Source: Flaccisagitta enflata
Lineage: Eukaryota
NCBI GenBank assembly: GCA_965153355.1
Contig: OZ231126.1
Location: 15,438,001 to 15,502,000, forward strand
Length of the DNA stretch: 64,000 bases
Direction of reading: 5' to 3'
Positions within the stretch are counted from its first letter, which is position 1; each line of letters starts with the position of its first letter. Shown piece by piece: positions 41,613-64,000 of the stretch. The translations under genes and the position numbers were made by a program. The notes below the pieces were generated by a model that had not been told where the DNA came from, ran no database searches, and saw only the letters and a list, made by a program, of their open reading frames with translations.

Positions 41613-42686
41613 TTTGGGCAGCGGCCCCAAAGGGCCGATGTCCTGAAGAACACAGGGGGGAATTTCCAGATGTCCGTCCGTCCTTCTGTCGGTCCATCCA
41701 TCCGTCCTTCCGTCCGTCCCCCCCCCCGTTCAAATTTGCCCTCCCAGCCCTCAATCTAGCCTTCGAGGCCTCAAATCAGCCTTCTAGGCTGCAAACCAGC
41801 CCCCCCCCCCCCCGCCTCAAATTTGCCCTCCAAAATTCAAATCTGCCCTCTATGCCTTTACTATCTAGAACAAAAGTATATCGGCAAGATCATTATCAGG
41901 CGTGTAATTCATCAAATGACTAGAAAAACCATAATTTAATCTTTGAGATTTTTTGTATGTATCATGTGAACAACAATAATGGCCCAAATTATCTTCACAT
42001 GCTCTTGAAGAGGTATTTGGAGAAAGGATGATATGGTCTTCCCTCACACTTGTAGAGCAGAATTTTTGTATCTATATCAAACGATGCGCGATACCTTCTC
42101 CTCAGCTGCTTACTTACCAACCATCTGATCTGAGTGATCTGAGTGACCATGGAAATGACAAGGCGATCCTATGGCATCACTCTAGCAGCCTAAAAGTTGG
42201 ACAACAATCTTTAACTAACAAAAAATAACACTTAGCCAAGTACCAAAAGCGATAAGAAATAGAATATAATTTTCAGCTATTTTCATTTGAAGTAGTAATC
42301 TTGTTTTGCCTGTCATTTCTAAACAAATTGAGCTACAAGAACGCGGTTGGTGGCACTAGATCAGAAATTCGATGGCCTTTCAGAATCTCACCGATATTTT
42401 ATATTATTTTTCATTTTCAGCAAAGATATGACCCAAAACGCTCGCCGATATATATATGTTCTAGATAGTATTCTGCCCTCCAGCCTTCAAATATGCCTTC
42501 AGTGGCCTAAATCAGTCATCTAAGGCCTGAAATATGCCCCCTCAGGACGTCTGGAAATTTCCCCCTGTGTTCTACAGGACATTGGCCCTTTGGGGCCACA
42601 GCCCTGCTCTCACTCCACTACTTCTCTGAATTAACCCCAGCAGGGCATCGGGTACCGCTGACATTGTGCGACCCCTGGATGATTAG
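41610..42686 (+). mobile_element. Family-2 HINE-like element with a nested TA-flanked MITE (41861-42468)
   Basis: Outer GGGCAGCGGCCCCAAAGGG / CCCTTTGGGGCCACAGCCC plus the family-2 tail. Inner TA|CTATCTAGAACA...TGTTCTAGATAG|TA. Confidence 0.7.
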
Positions 42687-43219
42687 TTCTTCTTCTTCTA
42701 CTACTTCTTCTACTTCTTCTCCTCCTCCTCCTCCTCTCCGCGCAATGATCCTGGGCCTCAAGCTTCCAGATGGCACCAGCCGACGCAGAATAGCGAATTA
42801 GTGATCTAAAGACTGGAAATAAAAATGCCAAAATCTCGCCATCTAGAAGAAGTTTTTTTTTTTTTTTCTGAAAGGGGGGGATTAAAACCTTGATTAACAA
42901 GGGCATACATACGGGAAACATTATGTAGATGGTGTTTGTATTCACGACAGTCCAAATTGGATGTCCAGAGAAAGCCAGGCACTGTGTTAGGGACAAACGG
43001 TACAAACCTACGGACCAACCGAATTTACTCGGCTCAAATCAAGTTATCAAGGTGGGTAAAGAATGGTTTTTTTTTCCAGACATCAAAATTTAGATAATAA
43101 ACATGGAGGATAAAACATCTGCATACAGTTCTTAGCCTCTAGAAATCTTCACAATCAAATCAGATGAAACACAAATTGCGCTGTTAAGTGTTTTCCTCCA
43201 GTCATAACCGGATTGAGAA

Positions 43220-44980
<1,761 letters not shown>

Positions 44981-45808
44981 GTATGTCATGAAACCCTAAT
45001 TTGCATATTGAAGCAACGAAGAACAACACCTTGTTTGAGCGAAAAATAAAAGTTTTTCCTATTGATTACTCGATTAAAGTACTTTTTTTTATCTTTTTGG
45101 ATTTACGCAAGTACTATCGACGGTTTTCAACATTTTTTCCGCAATAAACTGTCTCTTAGCTGACTTAAGCTAGTGGATTTTATGTTGGCGAAGCATTATA
45201 TAAAGAAATCCACACAATCAATGAGATGTAATAGTAAATTTATACATTATATTTCTTATCCTTCTTTGAAACGACCTGAGGATCGGGTAGTCGAATATCC
45301 TAGTTGCAACATCATCGAGGCGATGGGAGAGAGAATCCTTCTCAACTTGTTGATCCAAACCAGTTAAGGGACGGCAACATAGGAATGATGCGCAGTTTGT
45401 CACTTCCGCTTCCATTTTTGCAGTTCAAATACTAGTAGCTATCACATCCTACAAATTGGGAGCGCTCAACCGCTTCCATATCCTTAATCAGAACACAACA
45501 AATGACAGACGGGCCGATGGACGGACAATTCCTCCTACAGTATAGCCGGTCCCAAACAGAAAACTTTTCCTGAATTAATTCATAGATTTAGCACCGAATG
45601 ATCAAATGATTCAGTATGCGAATTATGAAATAGATTGAATTTTGAATCACCAATAGGTCCCATAAAGATTCAGCATGTATGCAACTTGTGAAGACGATAT
45701 CTGATTTGAAAGAGCCTCCCGGACTCACATCCAGCAAAACATGAAAGACCCACAGCAAAATAGAGAGCGTCGGGCTCGCGGGCTCGCGGGCTCGCTTTAA
45801 AATCAGGC

Positions 45809-45886
<78 letters not shown>

Positions 45887-47295
45887 AGTACAGTGAATCC
45901 GCCTAGATGTACACGGCTTTCAGTCGCTTGCGTTTTGGAGTGACTAGTTCCCCATGAAGATTGATGTTTTTAAAAGATTTCTTTCTCTGATATCATGACA
46001 ATTACAGGAAAGACTCGGGATTCAAGGTCCGGCGATCAATGACTTAGTTGATCAACCACAAACTCCGTGAAGGCGACAACATTAGAAAGACGTTGGCCAA
46101 ACTTGATACTACCCGGCCGGGGTATACTCCCCAATACCCTTATCATTTTCGGCCATAGTCGTCTTCGTCATGTTCGACAGCAAGTGCTAGTATTGAAGAC
46201 ACCAAGAAAAAAATGACATAAAGGAATTTTAGTTGTCAAGACATGTCTGCAATGATGAATGAAATTGTAAGTAGAAACTCGTAACATTTAGATAGCCTTG
46301 ATTGAATATACAGCTTAACTCGATGTCGTTCCACGGCCAGGATCTCTAAGTATACGAGTCCCTCAGTCCAACATTTGGTCTGTCCCTCTGTCTGTCCGTT
46401 CATCCGCTACGCAAGTTCAACTAGGAAAACTCTCTAGGTCGCAGGCGGTTGGGCAGGAGCCTAAAACTAACTTTGTGACAAAACTAACTTTGTGACTGAC
46501 CGATCAACCGACTAACCGACTCAAAACTGGCTGATAGAGTTGCGTGTCCGCGGTTAAAAATCTAACGCTGAATACAACCACGGGAGTCATAAATGAGCAC
46601 TATGAAACTATGTTCTTGCACCTCAAAAGGAAGGTTTGTCCATCTGCTAAATGTATATCGTTCGTCGATCAGCCTAGAACTGATTATTGCTTGGTCGGGC
46701 TTATGTCCCCAGTAAAGCTAAAATCCAGAGACCATAGCAGCTTCCATATCAAACTATCGTGACTTGATCGTGGGCTTGATGACTTGGTTTTGGACCAAAA
46801 GGCCTTTACAGGGTGTACCAACTCAGTTGTAACATAAAGAATCGATGTATCTCTGCTTCTAAAGAAGATAATCCCATTCTGAAAAAAGTTCCAAAGAGCT
46901 CTTAAAAAACAATTTTTGCTCATGCTAATAAAATTTTTCCGTCCAGAAAAGAATTTTACACATTCACAACCTAAAATGACGCAGCTATTTCTCAATTTGC
47001 AATTTTGGCTGACATTGCTCTTAGACACTTTTTCTTTAAGAGGCTCTCATTTCTAAACGGATTGAGCCAGAGACCTGAGATTGGTCTCAAATTGAAGATT
47101 TTTTGCAGTAGTTTTTAGCCCCATTAAAAGACAACCTCAAAATATTGAAGATATTGTTTTTTCTTTTTTTCAAAACCACATTTAAAAAAAACAGCTTGAT
47201 TTTCAGAAGCATGAATTTGGCAAATATCATGCTATCTTTTAAAAAAAATGTAAATTTTTCTATCAAATCTCTTTCACTATGCAGGATACCTTTAA

Positions 47296-48102
47296 CAGAC
47301 AGTGGACAAAACAAAATAGGTAGAGAGCTCACTCTGTTGGCTTTGATCCAACCTACTGTTATCAAACAGCAGGCTGTAAACAACAACTGGTTGTAAAAAT
47401 TACAGCCGGCTATCATGCTACAAATTTGGCAAAAATCCAACTTTCACCAAATAGAATGAGACCTGCAAATTCATAATCCTGGTGAAATTCTGACAAGTTT
47501 GATATGTAACAACATATACTTTTATATGAAAATAAAAATCTTTTATCAATGTTTGATAAAGTTATAATGCAATGTTAAAAGATTTTTTCTTATAAAAAGT
47601 ATGGTCTTGTAGTAGGAGAGTTAGCGTCCTTTTGTCTTTTGTTTTTAGCGGTCAATCACTTGAAAGCGGGTAACAAGTTAGGGTTAGGGGTAGGGTTAGT
47701 GTTAGGGTTAGGGATAAGGTCAGGGATAGTCTTAGGGATCAGGTTAGGGTTAGGGTTAGGGCTAGTGTTAGGGTTAGGGGTGCTTTAGAGCTTAATATCT
47801 ACTCGCCGATTGAAAGTTTGCTCTGGCGGAATTTTTGGGAAACTCAAGTGCGATACTTCATCTACAAAATGACCAAAAGTATTAAGTGTGACATGTCAAT
47901 ATTCTCAGAATTTCATCAGGATTATGAATATGCAAGTCACGTTCTATTCTATTTAGGTTGGATTTTTGCCAATTTTGTAAGATGACAGCTGGCTGTAATT
48001 TTCACAACCAGTTGTTGTTTACAGCCTGCTGTTTAATAACAGTAGGTTGGATCAAAGCTAACAGAGTGAGCTCTCTACCAATTTTGTTTTGTCCACTGAC
48101 TG
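47296..48102. mobile_element. Foldback MITE with CAG...CTG termini and TTAA TSD (middle element)
   Basis: TTAA|CAGACAGTGGACAAAACAAAAT...ATTTTGTTTTGTCCACTGACTG|TTAA. Confidence 0.85.
47603..47874. mobile_element. Merlin-like MITE carrying degenerate TTAGGG repeats (inner element)
   Basis: 8-bp TSD AAAAGTAT (47595-47602 and 47875-47882). Termini GGTCTTGTAG / CTACAAAATGACC. TTAGGG-like tract at about 47678-47780. Confidence 0.65.
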
Positions 48103-48704
48103 TTAATTTGAGTCCAACTCTTCATGTTTTATCAAATCATTTACAGATAATAGCTAAACAAAGAGTAATTGTCATAGGAGATCAATGAAAAATGGCAAAA
48201 TGGTTGCAAAAAGGCATGTACTTCCAAGCCATTTTTCCATGACTGTTAATAGTTACCTTCCTATCATTTTCCTCTTATTGAGCAAAAATCGTTTTTCAAA
48301 AGCTCTTTAGAACTTTTTTCAGAATTAGATTATCTTTTTTAGAAGCAGAGATACATCGATTCTTTATGTTACAACTGAGTTGGTACACCCTGTAGTTTAA
48401 TGCCTAAGGGTGTGTATGTGAAGAAAAAGGAAAAAGAAAAAGAAAAAGAAAAAGAAAAAGAAAAAGAAAAAGAAAAAGAAAAAGAAAAAGAAAAAGAAAA
48501 AGATAAAGATAAAGAAAAAGAAGAAAAAAAAACAACTGAAATATCTCTTTAAAGACTGTTCGTGGCTATCAGCATTCGAAAGAACATTTCTACATTAAGA
48601 CTTTCGCTGCCTATCATACCAAGGATCCAACTAATTTTGATTCCGAGCGGGTTTCTTCATAGGACAAGTCGAGCAGACACTTGACGACGTGTACTCGTTG
48701 TCAA

Positions 48705-48884
<180 letters not shown>

Positions 48885-49147
48885 ACATGCAAAACAGCAA
48901 ATTTCATTTGAAGTCCCATGGCCATACCTGGTGTAATTTTCCAAATCCCCTCCCCCTACTACTCCATGAAGCCAAAGAAAATGAAGAAACAGTAAAAGAA
49001 GAAAACAAACTTTGTCATTTATTTTGATATGCACGGACCATTTATCCTTCTAAAATAGCCAATTTAGTCAATACACCGGCGGCCACATAATCCAATAAAG
49101 AGTCAAGAAATCCATTAAAGAAAGAAAGAAAACACAAAAGAATCAAG

Positions 49148-60016
<10,869 letters not shown>

Positions 60017-60019
60017 GTG

Positions 60020-60066
<47 letters not shown>

Positions 60067-60067
60067 A

Positions 60068-60131
<64 letters not shown>

Positions 60132-60171
60132 TGTGTGTGTGTCTGTGTGTCTGTGTGTGTGTGCATGTGTG

Positions 60172-60237
<66 letters not shown>

Positions 60238-60932
60238 TGTGTGTCTGTGTGTGTGTGTGTGTTTTTCTGTGTATGTATGTTTCTGTGTCTGTGTGTGTCC
60301 CTGTGTCTGTCAGTGTGTGAGCGTGCGTGAGTGACAGTCTAACTGACAGAAGGACCGACATACAGAAACCGAAAGTAGTGCAGTCTGACCAACGGATGGA
60401 CTTGCGACCTTTCACAACCATTCTTCCATTTATCTTCTTCTCTTTAATGAATTCATACGTAATGTAACTTTTTAAGCCCATCGAGGAAAAAAGAGTAGGT
60501 TTTACCACCGGCAACTGTCGGTGGTGTCCCAAAAGTGGACGGAGACAGCACATTCACCATCACAACGGAAAAATAAAGAAAGCATGAAAAGATGCAACGA
60601 ATGATAATGAAAATGATTGAGTCATCATGGTTTAGAACCAACCAAAATTGAATTTCAAGCAGTCAATTTCCTTCTATAAATTGGATGATGTCATTTTAGC
60701 AAAGATCGTTAAGATGGGAGTTTTCTGACACACCTAGCTTTTAATGATGACTTCAATTTCAAGTACCATTTATCATAACTTTGCATGTGTACGCTGTTGG
60801 CTGCTCTTCACCAATTTTGCTTTTCTAATTCATTCTTCCTTTTTCATGAATCCTGTTTATTTTCATGGTCTCTAAACAGTTCCCTGTCGACCGTCTTGTC
60901 TTTCCTCCTCTTTACTCGTCAGTCTTTCCTAT

Positions 60933-61243
60933 CAGTCAGCGGACAATACATAAAAGGTATATATGTCATACCATTGGTTTTGATCCAACATGCTGATAGC
61001 AAACAAAATATTTTATGCAACAACCAATGGTTTAAATAACATCCGGCTGAAATGTTATAAAATTGTAACATTACAGCCGGCTGTAATTCTAACAACCCGT
61101 TGTTGAATACAACATTTTGTTTATTACAGCCGTCTGTAACTTAAGAAAATGATTGTTGCATACAATATTTTGTTTTTGAGCAGTATACTGGATCGAAGCC
61201 AGTGGTATGATATATATACCTATAGAGTTTTGTCCACCGACTG
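60933..61243. mobile_element. Foldback MITE with CAG...CTG termini and CTAT TSD (same family as 7091-7400)
   Basis: CTAT|CAGTCAGCGGACAATAC...GTTTTGTCCACCGACTG|CTAT. Confidence 0.85.
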
Positions 61244-61329
61244 CTATCTTTGCTTTCCGTAACATTTCATTTTTATTCGATGTTTCTCTCATTCCTGATA
61301 ATCCCGTTTCTTCTTTCTCCGGCCATCAG

Positions 61330-61524
61330 CGGCGCAGCGTCGCGCTGCCAAAGCCCTGATGCGTTATCGGGCCCAGTTGTTGTGGCACGCGGTCCGTCGC
61401 GCGCTTTTGTCGCCCGAAACCTTCGCCAAGTTTCCGGTGCCAAAACCGCCACCTAGTTACTATAAAATCAACCCGACTAAAACAAAAGCCTATCAGAAGA
61501 CAGCCAGTAATGACAAAACAGAGA
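61330..61524 (+). CDS. Candidate next or cassette exon of DNAI7 (phase 1-1)
   Basis: Pyrimidine-rich acceptor TTTCTTCTTTCTCCGGCCATCAG, and an open frame in the phase left by the exon ending at 59836 (AAQRRAAKALMRYRAQLLWHAVRRALL...). Possible donors after 61506 (gtaatg) or 61524 (gtttgt). No homology recognised. Confidence 0.45.
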
Positions 61525-61856
61525 GTTTGTTTATCTTTCATACCCCATAGCAAATAAAGTTTTGTTCTATCAATCGCGCAATGAGTGTTTTCGATCTAGT
61601 TTGTGTGTGTGAATATTTTGTGTTTGTGTCTTCAACTTTATCTTTTCTTTGTGTCTAATATCAGGAGAAGCCGAAAAGTGTAAAAAAAAAAGGACGCTTT
61701 TAAAAGATGGGGATTTGGTCTGAGCGATGGTCGAAAGGCCCAATTCTAAATCCTCTAAATCCATGTCTATAAACCATTGTTGACATTGTTGTCATCCTTT
61801 CACCAATTGGTAACATGAACTGTTTAACTTCACATGAGCTGCTTAGCTTACGTTTA

Positions 61857-62446
61857 CAGTCTATGGACAAAACGAGGAGAGTAGATTTTGCTGATCACCG
61901 GTATGATGCTAAGGACTGAAAGAATTAATGGAAGAACAATTGCGACCTGTAGTAATTGTTCAAAATATAGGCTTGTAATTACCTCATAGAAAATGACTGC
62001 GGACTGAAAGAAACTATTTCAAGAACGATTACTACAGGTACAGTGGAACCTCGCTTGAGCGCACCCGCTAATAAGGCATTCCCACCTAAAAAGCTTCTTA
62101 CTTATAGTCCTATGAGAGATTTTGTAGTTAATTCTATATTAGCAATAAGGCAGCTTCACTATATGGTATAATTTAGCCCAGTCCCTTGGCATGCGCTCTA
62201 GTGAAGCTCCACTGTAGTAATCGTTTTTCCGTTAGTTTCTTTCAGTCCTAAGTAATTTTTTTCGAGGTAATTACAAACCTATATTTTAAACGATTACTAC
62301 AGGTAGTAATCGTTCTTCTGTTAATTCTTTCAGTCTTTAGTAAATTTCTTTGAGGTTATTACAAACCTGCATCTTAAAATCAATTACGCCTAAACATCAT
62401 AACGGTGATCAGCAAAATCTACTCTCCTCGTTTTGGCCGTAGACTG
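61857..62446. mobile_element. Foldback MITE with CAG...CTG termini and TTTA TSD, containing a TA-flanked pogo/Tigger-like MITE (62041-62214)
   Basis: TTTA|CAGTCTATGGACAAAACGAGG...CCTCGTTTTGGCCGTAGACTG|TTTA. Inner TA|CAGTGGAACCTC...GAAGCTCCACTG|TA. The empty site ACTACAGGTAGTAATCG is repeated at about 62296. Confidence 0.85.
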
Positions 62447-63015
62447 TTTATGTACCGTAGGCGAGGAAAATGAGATCCATGAAGTTATTACTTGCTTTCA
62501 GCCAAATGCCTTTGCGTGAAGTTACAGCGTAACTCTTTGTTCTCACTTCTCTTCCACGCAAAAAATCCATGTTTCGTCACTGACGCCTCAATAGTACATC
62601 TGTTCATTCTGTTCAGGCCGCAGCCACACTTCCAACCTTTTTGCAACCCACACTCATTTGCATATTGTAGTTGGTACAAAATAGGAAGTCCGGGTCTTTC
62701 ATCACTAACTCATGAACGACAGTGAAATACCAAGCTTACTTTGGAGTGGATGTCCGAGTTAGGGTTGTTTTTTGTTTCTGTAATAAGCATGCTAAACACA
62801 ATAACTTGTATCTTTATTTTCAAGTAATGTTCGTTTTTAAGTGTAGACCGCATTATATAGTTTTAAAAAGTGGCGGCAACATGAGATGTTGGCAGATGAC
62901 GGCTCTCTAGGACTGCGCGATAGCGCTGAAGTACTCTTAAACTGTCACGTGCACATTCATATGACTATTACTGAAGTTTGACGGTATGTTCGTATTCCAC
63001 AACGCATCTCACATA

Positions 63016-63577
63016 CGCCGTCTTCGGATCTGACTGTAAAATGCAAAACCTTTATAGCTCCTAAACCGCTAGGAAAAAAGTCCTGAAATTTTCAGTGAAT
63101 ATTGGTAATATGTGACGGTTTTTGTATGTCAAAGCTCAGATCATAGTATGGAAAAGGTGAGGGGAAAACAAAATATTGAAAGAACATCTATATTTTAAGA
63201 AAAATTGTTTTTTTTTACATGTTTTTTTTTTTTTTGGAAGGTGCTGTTTTTTTCTCAGATTATGCAGCAAATAGATAATACATAAGTTAAAATCTGTTAC
63301 CAAAAATAAATCCTAAAGTTTTTGTTGAAATGCAAAGCAATTTCAAGCAGACAAATACAACTCCTACATAAGGAAATGAGGAAAAATTGATCTTGATTAA
63401 AAAATGTTTTTTCTTTCAATATTTTTTTTCCCTCACCTTTTTTATACTCTGATCTGAGCTTTGACAGGCAAAAACCGTCACATGTTACCAATATTCACTG
63501 AAAATTTCATGACTTTTTTCCAAATGGTTTGGGAGCTATAAAGGTTTTGCATTTTACAGTTCGATCCGAAGACAGTG
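63016..63577. mobile_element. TA-flanked foldback MITE
   Basis: TA|CGCCGTCTTCGGATC...GATCCGAAGACAGTG|TA, with arms pairing over about 170 bp. Confidence 0.85.
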
Positions 63578-64000
63578 TATGTCGCTATCGCATGTTATTG
63601 CACGATATAGGCACACACTGATGTTTAATGAACGTTGTTCATAATCATGTTTCAATGAAATCTAAATGAAACTGAACATTTTCTTTTTTCCTGCTATCAA
63701 AAAGAGGGTAAAAAGGGAACAGCCTCTGATTCGAAAGATGGAAAGGATCACGATAGAGACACAGCGGTGAGTTAAATGGAAACTCTGTGAAATTACTGAG
63801 AAGAAAATAATTTCATAACTACGCGTAAAAGAATTAGCAGTAGCTCAGAATTAGAAAGACCAACTTAGAGCAATAGAAATGAAGATCTGTTCCAGAAATG
63901 CCACCAATGACATGATTCTTGAATGAGATCCTGAAAAATCTTTGAAAAAAATCATCTATGCCAAAACTTTACCCAACACTTCCAAAAATAAGCTCTAATC

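Larger units (their letters stand above)
46809..48392. mobile_element. TA-flanked Tc1/mariner-type MITE (outer element of a triple nest)
   Basis: TA|CAGGGTGTACCAACTCAGTTGTAACATAAAGAATCGATGTATC...GATACATCGATTCTTTATGTTACAACTGAGTTGGTACACCCTG|TA. Confidence 0.9.

Noticed and set aside
47678-47780. Chromosome-end or fusion telomere
   Set aside because: Short, degenerate and bounded by TIRs and an 8-bp TSD, so it is transposon cargo.
60478-60605. Additional DNAI7 exon
   Set aside because: Weak acceptor, in-frame stop, no usable donor and no similarity recognised.

Overview
Repeat-saturated metazoan (probably invertebrate) genomic DNA. Nearly all ORFs in the supplied track are microsatellite or repeat artefacts. 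Two spliced + strand genes can be reconstructed by hand: the 5' half of DNAI7/CASC1 (about 49148 to at least 59836, continuing beyond the window) and a partial gene for a multi-pass, possibly CD20/MS4A-like membrane protein (43220 to at least 44980). The rest is non-autonomous mobile DNA: about 35 DINE-1/HINE-like Helentron derivatives of two families, many foldback MITEs (often nested), minisatellites and very long microsatellites. The most striking signal is two sequence-unrelated tandem arrays, a 298-bp unit (about 9.2 copies, 28809-34943, split by an insertion) and a 320-bp unit (about 2.6 copies, 18098-18940). Each unit carries a circularly permuted (type-P5) twister-ribozyme-like fold, and helices and pseudoknots covary between the two families. 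The 298-bp unit also has a tRNA-derived Pol III promoter and no Pol III terminator, and its array lies inside a TA-flanked TIR element. This looks like a twister-based retrozyme/circRNA-type system. All folds and homologies were assigned by eye; no search or assay was run.
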